A stretch of 64,000 nucleotides of DNA from an archaeon (lineage in GTDB: Archaea; Micrarchaeota; Micrarchaeia; Norongarragalinales; UBA97): contig JAGVFW010000014.1 in assembly GCA_020057405.1 (NCBI GenBank), forward strand, positions 2,867 through 66,866, read 5' to 3'. The translations under genes and the position numbers were made by a program. Positions 19,679-29,636 of the stretch are shown piece by piece. Position 1 is the first letter of the stretch. Each line of letters starts with the position of its first letter. A model generated the notes under the pieces. That model was given only the letters and a program-made list of their open reading frames with translations. It was not told the origin of the DNA and searched no databases.

Positions 19679-20758
19679 ATGCTGGATGACATAATCAAGA
19701 ATGTTTTAGAGAGCCCGACCGTATCAGTCCGCAATGCTGCGGCCAATTCAGACGAAGAGAGCATCAAAGTTTCAGTCGTCGGAGTCGGCGGCGGGGGCAA
19801 CAACACGCTTAATCGACTTAAGGCACTCAACTGCAAGGGCGCCAACCTAGTTGCATTCAACACTGACCGACAGCACTTGAAGATAATGAGCGACGGCATC
19901 GAACGCCACCTCATTGGACAGTCAGTTACCCGCGGCCTCGGAGCCGGCGGATTTCCCGAAATCGGCGAGAAGTGCGCGCAGGCCGACAGGGCAATGATTA
20001 CACAGGCAATCGGCGGGGCCCACCTCGTCTTTCTTTGCGCCGGCATGGGCGGCGGCACCGGTACGGGTGCAGCTCCAGTCATCGCGCAAATCGCAAAAGA
20101 ACAGGGCGCAATCGTCGTCGCCATGGTCACCTACCCGTTCGCACTCGAGCGAGCGCGCACCCTTAAGGCCGACGACGGCCTGGCGCGCCTGCGCGAGACC
20201 TGCGACAGCGTCATCATCCTAGACAACAACCGGCTCGTCGAGCTTGTCCCGAACCTGCCACTCAACCAGGCCTTCCTCGTCGCAGACGAGATTCTGGCAA
20301 AGGCAGTTGACGGTCTCGTCTACACCATCACGCAGCCTTCCTTAGTCAACATCGACTTTGCTGATGTCCGCGCCATCATGAGCGGCGGAGACGTCGGCAT
20401 GATCGCAGTCGGCACTGGCAAGGGCAACAACCGCGTCGAAGACGCGGCCAAGGGCGTTCGCGAGAACCGCCTGCTTGACGTCGACTTTGCCGGCGCAAAG
20501 GGCGCCATCATCCACATTTCGGGCGGCACTGACCTCACCCTGGGCGACGCAATCCGCGCTGGCGAGCTTGTCACCGAACAGATTGACCCGAGCGCTTCGG
20601 TCAAGTGGGGCGCGCGCCTCGTGCCCGAGTACGACGGCACCCTCGAGATTACCGCCATTGTGACCGGGGTTAAGAGCCCGCACATCATCGGCAAGACTTC
20701 ATCGACAAAGAGCAAGCAAAAGGAAGCCGTGGCGTACGGCAACATCGAGGTCCTATGA
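19679..20758 (+). CDS. ftsZ: Cell division protein FtsZ (FtsZ2-like), copy A
   Basis: GVGGGGNN, GMGGGTGTG, YPFALERAR, NIDFADV, KWGAR. Confidence 0.95.
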   Translation: MLDDIIKNVLESPTVSVRNAAANSDEESIKVSVVGVGGGGNNTLNRLKALNCKGANLVAFNTDRQHLKIMSDGIERHLIGQSVTRGLGAGGFPEIGEKCAQADRAMITQAIGGAHLVFLCAGMGGGTGTGAAPVIAQIAKEQGAIVVAMVTYPFALERARTLKADDGLARLRETCDSVIILDNNRLVELVPNLPLNQAFLVADEILAKAVDGLVYTITQPSLVNIDFADVRAIMSGGDVGMIAVGTGKGNNRVEDAAKGVRENRLLDVDFAGAKGAIIHISGGTDLTLGDAIRAGELVTEQIDPSASVKWGARLVPEYDGTLEITAIVTGVKSPHIIGKTSSTKSKQKEAVAYGNIEVL

Positions 20759-21009
20759 GCAACATGGTCGAGAAAATCCGCATCAACGCGTCGGAACACT
20801 CGCTCGTATCCCTTGCAGGCTCGCACTTCGTCGTTGACGTGGTGCACCTCAAGGTGATTGGGCGATTGTACGAAGGAACGCTTGAAGCTGCGGACAACCT
20901 CGGCGAAGCCTTCGTGCACGTTGAGCGGTTGATTACCGACGACGTGCGCACGGCAGTCATTGAGAAGATGGTAGCGCGTGCCGTGACGCAAACGGTACAA
21001 AACGATTGA
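20755..21009 (+). CDS. 84-aa hypothetical protein coupled to ftsZ-A
   Basis: ATGA start/stop overlap; host-like codon usage. Confidence 0.7.
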   Translation: MSNMVEKIRINASEHSLVSLAGSHFVVDVVHLKVIGRLYEGTLEAADNLGEAFVHVERLITDDVRTAVIEKMVARAVTQTVQND

Positions 21010-21045
21010 AAGAAAAAAAACGTTCGGGAGAACAGGTGATTTGGT

Positions 21046-22125
21046 ATGGATTCATTGGTGCAGGAAGCGTTGAGATACAACGTACAAGAAGGAACAAAAG
21101 AAGCGCCCAAGTTGGACGCCCAGCAAGTGCGCATCTCCGTAATCGGAATTGGCGGCGCTGGAACTAATACAGTCTCCCGACTGCACCGCATGGGAATCAA
21201 GAGCGCGCACACTATCGCCCTTAACACCGATGCTAACCACTTAAAGATGATCGAGGCCGACAGGCGCATCCTGATTGGCAAGACCACCACGCGCGGCATG
21301 GGCGCCGGCGGATTTCCCGAAGTAGGCATGAAGGCAGCCGAAGCATCACGCGATGAGCTTGCCAAGATAGTCGCCAACAACGAGCTTGTCTTTATCTGCG
21401 CTGGCATGGGCGGTGGCACCGGCACTGGTGCTGCACCCGTTGTGGCCCGCCTCGCGAAAGAGGCTGGCGCAATCACGGTTGGCATGGTCACCTACCCGTT
21501 CGCACTCGAGCGCGCACGGCTTGACAAGGCCGACTGGGGCCTTGACGCGCTTCGCGAGGCTTGCGACACTGTCGTTGTCATCGACAACAACCGTCTCGTT
21601 AGCTATGTCCCCAACCTTCCCATGAACCAGGCGTTCGCAGTCGCGGACACCCTTGTTGCAAGGGCTGTGAAGGGCATTGCCGACACCGTCATGCTTCCCT
21701 CCCTCATGAACATCGACTTCGCCGACCTTCGCATGATAATGAGCGACGCCGGCGTTGCTGCAATCAGCATCGGTGAGGGCCAAGGCACTGCTCGGGTTGA
21801 GGCGGCTGTAAAAAGCACCCTCGAACACCCCCTGTTGGACGTGAATTATGCCGGTAGCAAAGGAGCGTTGATTTTGGTCAGCGGTGGCTCCCAGCTATCA
21901 CTTGGAGAAGCCGTTAGAATCGGCGAAGAAATCACTGAGGAGTTCGACAAGAACGCCTACGTGAAATGGGGTGCACGCCTCAATCCCGAGCTCGGCGACA
22001 AGATTGTTGTCACCGCAATTGTCACCGGAGTGCACAGCCCGCACATCCTAGGCAAAAACGAGATGGAGTCCCAGAAAAAAGCAGCTGCAATGAGCGGCCT
22101 GGGCCTGCACTCCATATCGTTCTAA
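21046..22125 (+). CDS. ftsZ: Cell division protein FtsZ (FtsZ2-like), copy B
   Basis: GIGGAGTN, GMGGGTGTG, YPFALERAR, NIDFADL, KWGAR; AGGTGA RBS. Confidence 0.95.
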   Translation: MDSLVQEALRYNVQEGTKEAPKLDAQQVRISVIGIGGAGTNTVSRLHRMGIKSAHTIALNTDANHLKMIEADRRILIGKTTTRGMGAGGFPEVGMKAAEASRDELAKIVANNELVFICAGMGGGTGTGAAPVVARLAKEAGAITVGMVTYPFALERARLDKADWGLDALREACDTVVVIDNNRLVSYVPNLPMNQAFAVADTLVARAVKGIADTVMLPSLMNIDFADLRMIMSDAGVAAISIGEGQGTARVEAAVKSTLEHPLLDVNYAGSKGALILVSGGSQLSLGEAVRIGEEITEEFDKNAYVKWGARLNPELGDKIVVTAIVTGVHSPHILGKNEMESQKKAAAMSGLGLHSISF

Positions 22126-22175
22126 ACTCGCGATCCCTTCCCACCACAAACAGAAGACGCTGAATAAGCGTTTGT

Positions 22176-22221
22176 GGGGGCCGATGTCTATATCGGCCCC
22201 CCTCTCTTCTGCCTTTTTTTC
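22176..22221 (+). terminator. Hairpin plus pyrimidine/T-tract after ftsZ-B
   Basis: GGGGGCCGAT/ATCGGCCCCC 10-bp stem followed by CT-rich run and T-tract. Confidence 0.6.
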
Positions 22222-22274
22222 TTCAAACCGCCACTGGGAAGTTTTTTTAACGCCACATAAGTAATGCTTGCGAC

Positions 22275-22949
22275 ATGGACCTGACTCCAATTGCCCTTGC
22301 CGCTGCCCTGACGGTCATCCACTACGCAAGCGAAGTTTACGCTGGCCACCAGGAGAAGCACCACTGGCGCATCCTTTCGTTTTCCGCAGGCGCGTTCATC
22401 ACGCTTTTGTTCCTCGAGATGATGCCGCGCGCGACTTCAGTGCCTTACGGCCTGTCGTTCATGCTGCTTGGCTTCGTGTGCTTCCACGCTGTCGAGAAGT
22501 ATGTTTACCAGCACTACCACAAGGACGAGTTGCGCAAGCGCGTGGGCGCCCTGGACACGATAGGCTTCTTTGGCAAGAACTTTCTCAACGGTTTTGTCCT
22601 CGTCATTGCCTTTGACAGCGGCACTGGCCTCGGGTACGCGCTCTTCGCCGCCCTCCTCTTGCACACCATCTCGTCATCGCTAGTGCTCTCGCACTTAGTC
22701 GAGCGAATCAAGGGCATCAAGAACCACCGCCTCCTACTAAGTTCCGGCACACTGTTGGGCGCACTTCTGGCAGTCCCACTAGGCTCAAGCAGCCTCCTTG
22801 CCACAGGCGCTTTCGCATTCATCACAGGCGAGCTTTTCTACATTGTCGCGCGCGATGTGCTGCCGCGCGACGGGGCGGGCCGGATGGTGTACTTCTCAGC
22901 GGGCGTCCTTGCAATGTACTTCCTGCTGCTGTTGGCCGGAGTTGCCTAA
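22275..22949 (+). CDS. ZIP-like metal transporter
   Basis: SFSAG...LFLEMMP, FHAVEKY, LLH, GELFYIV.RDVLP; TM helices. Confidence 0.75.
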   Translation: MDLTPIALAAALTVIHYASEVYAGHQEKHHWRILSFSAGAFITLLFLEMMPRATSVPYGLSFMLLGFVCFHAVEKYVYQHYHKDELRKRVGALDTIGFFGKNFLNGFVLVIAFDSGTGLGYALFAALLLHTISSSLVLSHLVERIKGIKNHRLLLSSGTLLGALLAVPLGSSSLLATGAFAFITGELFYIVARDVLPRDGAGRMVYFSAGVLAMYFLLLLAGVA

Positions 22950-22951
22950 AG

Positions 22952-23728
22952 ATGAGACTTGCTTTCACCGCGTTGTTGGCCTTTGCACTAGCCGCAGCTT
23001 TCGCAAGCGCGGATGCCGTGCCCAATGTCACGCTCGTCACGCCAATCGACGGCGCGAGTGTCGCCGAAGGAGTCGTGACATTCGATTGCCTGGGCTTTGA
23101 CGACGTGGGCCTAAACAGCCTGGCTTTGCTTGGCAACTGGAGCGGCAAGACTGAAGTTGTGGAAACGCGCTTTAAGCCAGCCAACAACACGGCCCAGCAC
23201 TTTACAGTCACGCTTGGCCGCGGCGTCTTTTCGTGGGACTGCCTGGCTGCAGACAGCGCGAGCCAATCCGCTTTTGCCAACAACAGCTTCACTATCTCGG
23301 CAGTGCGGCGCGTGTTTGCGGCAACTCCCGTACCGCAGGTGTTTAACCGCATCAGCCTCGACTGCCCGCCTGCCTCGCTTAACGCAAGCGCGGTCATCAC
23401 GGTGAGCAACTACAAGCAAAACGCCTTGTCGTGCACCGGCTTTGGCATCACCGCAAGCTACGCCAACGGCTCGGCCTTGCCCCAAGACGCGCTTTTGGAC
23501 CGCGGCTGCCAAGGGGGCCGACCGCGCTACGACCTGCGGTTCCCCGGGTCAGGCGACTATGTCGTTAACGCCCAGGGCAGCGAACCCGGAGTCAACGCAT
23601 CGTGCGCCATCACATTCCGCGGCCTGCCGGGCAGGCAGTCAAGGCGCGTGCCTGACTTCAACCCGCTTCTCGCACCCTTCTTTGCCCTGGCGGCACTTTT
23701 GTTGGTGAGACGTTTTGAGCGAAAGTGA
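22952..23728 (+). CDS. Secreted Ig-like protein with PEF-CTERM-like sorting signal
   Basis: Signal peptide, N-glycosylation sequons, C-terminal VPDFNP + TM + RR. Confidence 0.7.
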   Translation: MRLAFTALLAFALAAAFASADAVPNVTLVTPIDGASVAEGVVTFDCLGFDDVGLNSLALLGNWSGKTEVVETRFKPANNTAQHFTVTLGRGVFSWDCLAADSASQSAFANNSFTISAVRRVFAATPVPQVFNRISLDCPPASLNASAVITVSNYKQNALSCTGFGITASYANGSALPQDALLDRGCQGGRPRYDLRFPGSGDYVVNAQGSEPGVNASCAITFRGLPGRQSRRVPDFNPLLAPFFALAALLLVRRFERK

Positions 23729-24530
23729 AGCGAAGGTGCCAATAGCGGGCAAGCCAACAGTGGCTCCAAAACAGCCTAAGGCCCCAAAGCACGCCAGCTG
23801 GAAGGAGGACGGCGTCTTCGACTCAATTGCAAACGAGTGGGAAGAGTACCGCAGCCACCCCAACACTGCGCTCAAGTTCTTTCTCCCGCAAGTGGCTGGC
23901 GATGACGCGGTGCTTGAGGCAGGCTGCGCAAACGGCCGCAATTTGCCCCCGCTTGCTGCAAAAGCGCGCATCGTAATTGCTTTTGACATCAGCCCGGCGT
24001 TAGTCAAGTTCGCCTTGGCGCGCATCGCCGGCCTTGACAATGCAACAGCATTTAAGGGCAGCGTCACGGCAATCCCGCTGCCTGAAAGCCACTTTGACAA
24101 AATCTTCTGCCTGGCGGTCCTGCATCATCTCTCAACTCCCGAAAGCCGGGCGCAGGCGATGGCTGAGCTCTACCGCGTGCTAAAGCCCGGCGGCCTGCTT
24201 TTCGTCACTGTGTGGAACCGCCACCAAAAGAAGTTCGAAAACCTGACGCAAGCGGACGCCATAGTCAACTGGAAAAACAAGAGCGGCGAGACGGTCAAGC
24301 GATTTTACCACTTTTTTGAGGAAGACGAGTTCCGAGGCCTGGCCGAGAAGGCGGGTTTTGAGGTAAACGAGGTCTTCTACGACAAGCACAGGGGCAAGGC
24401 ACACCACGACATCACAATGCACGTCAAAGGCGCCCAGAACATTTGCGTGGTGCTGGAAAAGCCTTACCCAGGGCCGGTAAAGCCGAAAAATCTATTCCCA
24501 TCAGCTAAGGCAACCAAGCGCAAAAAGTAA
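23715..24530 (+). CDS. Class I SAM-dependent methyltransferase (Trm9/ALKBH8-like)
   Basis: VLEAGCANGRN, AVLHHL, LKPGG...VTVW, RFYHFF. Confidence 0.85.
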   Translation: MSESEAKVPIAGKPTVAPKQPKAPKHASWKEDGVFDSIANEWEEYRSHPNTALKFFLPQVAGDDAVLEAGCANGRNLPPLAAKARIVIAFDISPALVKFALARIAGLDNATAFKGSVTAIPLPESHFDKIFCLAVLHHLSTPESRAQAMAELYRVLKPGGLLFVTVWNRHQKKFENLTQADAIVNWKNKSGETVKRFYHFFEEDEFRGLAEKAGFEVNEVFYDKHRGKAHHDITMHVKGAQNICVVLEKPYPGPVKPKNLFPSAKATKRKK

Positions 24531-24694
24531 TACCGGATAAGTATATTTGGCCCTGTTTGGGCCGGCCGGACCGTTTTTCGATATATTCGGGGAGCCAAGG
24601 CGCTTTGGCCGGGCCAAAAGCAGGTTCAATTCGGGCATGGCCATACCTGACGGCTATATCGAGACAGCTGAAAAGACAAAAAATCTGCCGCTTT

Positions 24695-25996
24695 CTAGGG
24701 CGAGAGCCGCTTCTTGTCGCGCGGGAAGAAACTGGCTTCTCGGACGTTGTCGAGTCCAAGTATCTTCATCGTCAGGCGCTCGAGGCCTGCAGCTTGGCCG
24801 CCGTGGGGCGGCATGCCGTACTTGAATACCTCAAAGTAGAACTCGAAGTCTTCGGGCCGGTAGCCCTTCTTGACAAAAGCGTCCCAAAGCATAGTGTAAT
24901 TGTGGATGCGCTGGCCGCCGGTCACTATCTCGAGGCCGCGGTAAAGCAGGTCATAGCCGCGGGTAAAGCGGGCATCCTGCTCGTACGGCATGGTGTAGGC
25001 CGGCCGCTTGGAGGCAGGGTAGTGGTCAATGAAGACAAAATCGCTTCCGTGCTTCTCTTTTGCCCACGCGCAAAGCGCTTCCTCGTGCTCGCGGCCCAAG
25101 TCGGCCATGGGGTCGGGGAACGCCTTGCCCATTGACTCCATGATTTTGGGGATTTCCCAGTAGCGGACAATTGGCATCGGCAGCTTTGGCACCTGCAGGT
25201 CTGCCTTGAAGTACTCGAGGTCTTTTTGGTTTTGCTCAATCACGCGCTTGAAGATTGACTCCATCACGCCTGCTGTGACTTTCATCACGTCCTCCTCGTT
25301 GTTGATGAATCCAAACTCGAGGTCAAGGGAAATGTACTCGTTTAAGTGGAATGGCGTGTCGTGCTCTTCGGCGCGGTAGACTGGCGCGACCTCGAAGACG
25401 CGCTCAAAACCCGCGCCGACAAGCATTTGTTTGTAGAACTGGGGCGATTGTGCCAGGAAGGCCTCGCGGCCAAAGTAGACTACCGGAAAGAGGTTGGCGC
25501 CGCCTTCTGTACCTGTTGCAATGATTTTTGGAGTGTGAATCTCGATAAAGTCCTGGCTCACTAAGTACTCGCGGAAGGCCTGGCAAATGGTGTTCCTGAC
25601 GTTGAAAATGGCTTGCCTGCGCTCTCCCCTCAAGTCAAGCACGCGGTGGTCAAATCGAGTTTCAAAGGAGGATTCAGTCTTGCCTGCAACGTCAACCGGC
25701 AGCTTGCGGTCGGCAGTTGCCAAAACGGCCAACTGGGTGACTTCGAGCTCGACGCCGCCTTCCTTGACTTTCTCGTTCTTGTGCGCAATGCCCTTTAGCC
25801 AAACGACGTCCTCAAGGCCAATGTTCTTTGCCGCAGGCACGAGCGCCGGGTCCTTGACTATTGCCTGGAAGCGGCCCGACCTGTCGGCTATTGTGAAGAA
25901 AACCAGCTTGGCGAGCTCGCGGTTTGACCGCACCCACCCTGCGCACTCGACAGTGGCGCCATCGTGGTTGGCTAGCTCGGAGCTTAAAACGCGCAT
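24695..25996 (-). CDS. aspS: Aspartate--tRNA ligase (archaeal type)
   Basis: OB-fold, EGGANLF, LAQSPQFYKQ, YRAE, GGQRIH, GMPPHGG, FPRD. Confidence 0.95.
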   Translation of the reverse strand: MRVLSSELANHDGATVECAGWVRSNRELAKLVFFTIADRSGRFQAIVKDPALVPAAKNIGLEDVVWLKGIAHKNEKVKEGGVELEVTQLAVLATADRKLPVDVAGKTESSFETRFDHRVLDLRGERRQAIFNVRNTICQAFREYLVSQDFIEIHTPKIIATGTEGGANLFPVVYFGREAFLAQSPQFYKQMLVGAGFERVFEVAPVYRAEEHDTPFHLNEYISLDLEFGFINNEEDVMKVTAGVMESIFKRVIEQNQKDLEYFKADLQVPKLPMPIVRYWEIPKIMESMGKAFPDPMADLGREHEEALCAWAKEKHGSDFVFIDHYPASKRPAYTMPYEQDARFTRGYDLLYRGLEIVTGGQRIHNYTMLWDAFVKKGYRPEDFEFYFEVFKYGMPPHGGQAAGLERLTMKILGLDNVREASFFPRDKKRLSP

Positions 25997-26117
25997 TGTA
26001 ATCAGAAAAGTAGTGTCGCTAAACGCTTTTAAAACGCTTTAGCGGGCTGCTTGTGAAGCGGCCAGCTTGAACACAACTCCCGCTTTCAATTAAGATAGTT
26101 TTTTATTCTGCCTTGCA

Positions 26118-29100
26118 ATGATTCTCCTCGTGTTGAAGAAAGGGCACGCGCTATTAGTCTTACTTTTCTTGTTGCTGCCCAGCTTCGGCCACGCTGCGCA
26201 ATTGATTAAAAACGGCGATTTTGAGAACGGCAACGTCAATTGGGCGTTCGGCATTCCCCCAACTTCGCAAGCGGCGGTTTCTGTTGGGACTGAAGGCTGC
26301 AAGACCGGGCAGTGCCTGAAAATATTGCTTAACGGCGGGGAAAACGCTGATGCCAACCAGTTTTTGGGAGCGCTCAATCCCGGCGCTACCCTCCTAATGA
26401 TTGCCGATGCAAATGCAACAGCAGACTCGTCGCTGCTTTTGGGCGTTTACGACCGCAACTGGAGGGCAGCAAACTGCAGCGAGATAGGCAAGTTTTTGAG
26501 GCCCCAAATAATCAAGGGAGAGGGAAAGTGGCGCAAGTTCACCTACCAAGTCCAGATTCCATTTGCCGACGACTGCGGCGCCATTGACTCTTACCACAAG
26601 TGGTACGCCTATGTGTACGCAGTCATCCCTAATGCCCAAAACGCGCCAGTCTATTTTGACGACGTCACCCTTATCGAAAGGCCGTTTTTAAAAAACGGCC
26701 AATTTAAGGGGCTAACGGACTGGACTTTCACTCACGACCCGGCCAAGTCGCCTGCACTCGAATACGTCCCCGCCGGCTGCCTGCACGAAAGCTGCTACCG
26801 GATTGAGTTGAACGACGCCGAGAGGGCGAGCGTAAACCAGCCAATTGGAAAACTCTTGCCCCAAGCCCGTTATCGCCTCTCGGTATGGGCTAAAGCAACC
26901 GCCGGCTCAAACATACTAATAGGACTGTCCGACCGCGACTGGCAGGACTCTATCTGCACCACAAAGGGAAAATTCCTAAACAGCGGACCAAAAGCCGGTT
27001 CGGGCGCTTGGAAGGAATACGCATACGATGCCGACATCCCTGACAAGGACGATTGCGGCAACGACTTATCGCAGCACAACTGGTTCGCCTATATCTACGC
27101 AGTCACCCCGGCCGACGCTCCCGTTGATTTTGACGACGCTTCCCTCTCGGAAGTGCCGAAAGTCAAGAATGGCGGGTTTGAGGCCGACTTTGCTTACTGG
27201 AACAAGGACTTCGCCTCAAACGCGCAAGCCAACATCCAGATAGAAACGGTTGGTTGCCTTGGCGCAAAGTGCCTGTCAATACAGCCCAACGCGGCGCCAA
27301 ACCCATTTGTCCAACAGCAGCTGGGCGTGCTAAAGCCCGACACGGCCTACTCGCTTGAAGCAAAAGTAAAGGCCGCGACGCCTTCAACCGCCCAAGTCAC
27401 GCTCTTTGACAACGACTGGCGGGATGCAAGTTGCAGCCGCGTTGGTAAACGCTTCTCAAGCAAAGTGCTCACGCAAGGAACAGGGTGGCAGCCACTCGGC
27501 CAAGTCGTAGGCGTGCCGGCCCGAGACGACTGCGGCCCAATTGACTCGACCCACAATTGGTTTGCAGCACTCTATTCACTCAAGCCCAACGACGCCAACT
27601 CCCCGGTCATCTTTGACGAAGTCAAGTTCTACCAAACCGTTACAACCCCTACGCCCACACCAACGCCAAGCCCCTGCCCCACCTGTACCCCGACACCAAC
27701 GCCAACACCCACTCCAACGCCACCTTACTGCGGGGACACGATTTGCCAGCCTACTGAAAGCTGTTTGAGCTGCAGCGCAGACTGCGGCGCTTGCACGACG
27801 CCCACCCCGACACCCCCGCCAAACCCCGCGCTGTGCGGCAACCAACCGTGCCTTGGCGCTAAGGACACGGGAATGTACGGCTCGACCCCATGGCTGAGGA
27901 CAGGGCAAGCACCCTCAGGCGACTTTTACACTCGAACCGAAGGAATGACAACCGTAATCAGGACCTCACTCAAAGCCGAGTCTATTAGGATTAGGTACGA
28001 CGAGGTGAGGGCGGAAATCGACGAGGGCCTCAATGCAACCCCGCAAAAAAGAATAATCCTCGAAGTATACTTCTGGAACAACCTCAACGAGCAAAACTCA
28101 AAAACCGGGATGGACACCATTCCCTACTACCAAAACAAGATCAACACAATACTCGACAGGCTCAACAAGGCCGACGACTCGCCAACTACGCAGCCCGACG
28201 GCAAGATCGACAAGCTCTACGCAATCACCCTTGGCGAAGAAAACTGGATAAAGTACGGCAACAACGGGTCGGTAAACCCGGTCATGGCAAGGTATTTGGA
28301 CGAGCTTTACAAAGGAACCAAAAAGCAAGCGAAATACAAGAATCTCCAAATCTACCAATGGTACGACTACCGGCTTGGCGCCAACAACCCGTTCCCTGAG
28401 AAATATGCCGGAATTTACCCTGGCGCCGACGGATGGATAGTCGAGGAGCTAAGGCTGAACAAGGATACTTGCGGTGCTAACTGCCCCTTCGGAGACGATC
28501 CGTACCGGCGCATACTCCAAAAGTTCCTGATTACCGGCAAGCCCGTAGTTACCGAGCTTTGGGCCTCCACTACCCGACCCGACCAGTATGGAACCCCGCC
28601 ATTCTCGAAACCCAACCCAACCGTAGAAGAATACAAAGAGCAGATGTTTAGCCTCATCAAGCACCAGTTTGACACCAACCAGGAATTCAACCTGCCCAGC
28701 ACATTCTACTATTTCGCCTGCTCTCCCGCCGGAACTGACGCAGCGTGTTATCCCGGAAACGGCAAGGAACAATACGCCCGATTCACCACAACCGCAAGCT
28801 GGTTCCCCCACCCGCCTGCAAACCCGTCGCCAAACCCGCTATACGGCCTGGAAATCCAGCGGGCAATGGATGGTGAAGTCAGAAAACACATCCAAACCGC
28901 CCAAAGCAGGGCAGACAGCTTTGTCGGGTTCGCCTCGCAGCAAAAGTGGGACTCGCCTGCACTAAGCTTGCCATGCACTCAAGGTGCGCCGGAGTACGCG
29001 GACGATTTCCAGAAGAACAACCTAGTAGACACCACCAGCGGGGCGGGCGATGGCACGGGCGCGAGCGGCTTTAGGAACCTGGCGTGGGAGCCGGGCAAGC

Positions 29101-29576
29101 TCAGCGTACGCACTTTCAACAGCCAGCCCGTCAATGTTAGCATAACCTACCACTTCAAATGCCCGGCACCAGTTGACGGCGCAACGGCTATCGCCACGTT
29201 CACAGTCAACACCGCGGGACTGCTTAAGCTCGACGTTTCCCGCAACAACAAGGACTGGTGGAAGGCCGCTTCAGGCAAGAGCGGCACGCTGACTGTTGAC
29301 CTTGACGGAACCGCGATAGGCAATGACGTTTACCTGCGCGTCACCATGACCTCGCCAGACAACGACCCCACTCACCTGCCACTCACGCTTACCCGACTCG
29401 AAATTGGGCCCAAGTCAGCCGGCCGACCGCCAGGCGCACCCGGCGACGGCGGAAGCGGCGGCTCGAGTGGAGAAGGAAAGGCAAGCACGCCCGGCACACT
29501 CACTGCAAAGAAAGGCATTGGCACGGTCGTCACCGGCATTGCCGACTGGCTTCGCGGCCTCTTTCGACCAAAGTAA
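26118..29576 (+). CDS. Large secreted modular protein: three CBM4/9-like repeats, PT linker, CGD Cys motif, putative catalytic barrel
   Basis: Signal peptide; three KNGxF(E)-initiated ~160-aa repeats ending PVxFDD/E; CGDTICQPTESCLSCSADC. Confidence 0.85.
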   Translation: MILLVLKKGHALLVLLFLLLPSFGHAAQLIKNGDFENGNVNWAFGIPPTSQAAVSVGTEGCKTGQCLKILLNGGENADANQFLGALNPGATLLMIADANATADSSLLLGVYDRNWRAANCSEIGKFLRPQIIKGEGKWRKFTYQVQIPFADDCGAIDSYHKWYAYVYAVIPNAQNAPVYFDDVTLIERPFLKNGQFKGLTDWTFTHDPAKSPALEYVPAGCLHESCYRIELNDAERASVNQPIGKLLPQARYRLSVWAKATAGSNILIGLSDRDWQDSICTTKGKFLNSGPKAGSGAWKEYAYDADIPDKDDCGNDLSQHNWFAYIYAVTPADAPVDFDDASLSEVPKVKNGGFEADFAYWNKDFASNAQANIQIETVGCLGAKCLSIQPNAAPNPFVQQQLGVLKPDTAYSLEAKVKAATPSTAQVTLFDNDWRDASCSRVGKRFSSKVLTQGTGWQPLGQVVGVPARDDCGPIDSTHNWFAALYSLKPNDANSPVIFDEVKFYQTVTTPTPTPTPSPCPTCTPTPTPTPTPTPPYCGDTICQPTESCLSCSADCGACTTPTPTPPPNPALCGNQPCLGAKDTGMYGSTPWLRTGQAPSGDFYTRTEGMTTVIRTSLKAESIRIRYDEVRAEIDEGLNATPQKRIILEVYFWNNLNEQNSKTGMDTIPYYQNKINTILDRLNKADDSPTTQPDGKIDKLYAITLGEENWIKYGNNGSVNPVMARYLDELYKGTKKQAKYKNLQIYQWYDYRLGANNPFPEKYAGIYPGADGWIVEELRLNKDTCGANCPFGDDPYRRILQKFLITGKPVVTELWASTTRPDQYGTPPFSKPNPTVEEYKEQMFSLIKHQFDTNQEFNLPSTFYYFACSPAGTDAACYPGNGKEQYARFTTTASWFPHPPANPSPNPLYGLEIQRAMDGEVRKHIQTAQSRADSFVGFASQQKWDSPALSLPCTQGAPEYADDFQKNNLVDTTSGAGDGTGASGFRNLAWEPGKLSVRTFNSQPVNVSITYHFKCPAPVDGATAIATFTVNTAGLLKLDVSRNNKDWWKAASGKSGTLTVDLDGTAIGNDVYLRVTMTSPDNDPTHLPLTLTRLEIGPKSAGRPPGAPGDGGSGGSSGEGKASTPGTLTAKKGIGTVVTGIADWLRGLFRPK

Positions 29577-29636
29577 GGGCTAACCGTTTCAATACGCTTT
29601 TATTCAGCAGTTCACTGACATAACAAAGGGAACTTT

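Noticed and set aside
22139-22180. Possible archaeal SECIS element, given the SelB-like gene
   Set aside because: Lacks the GAA/A internal loop geometry, and no in-frame UGA is seen in neighbouring genes
24505-25135. Overlapping ORFs of 84-192 aa around the aspS 3' end
   Set aside because: No motifs; mostly antisense or out-of-frame to aspS
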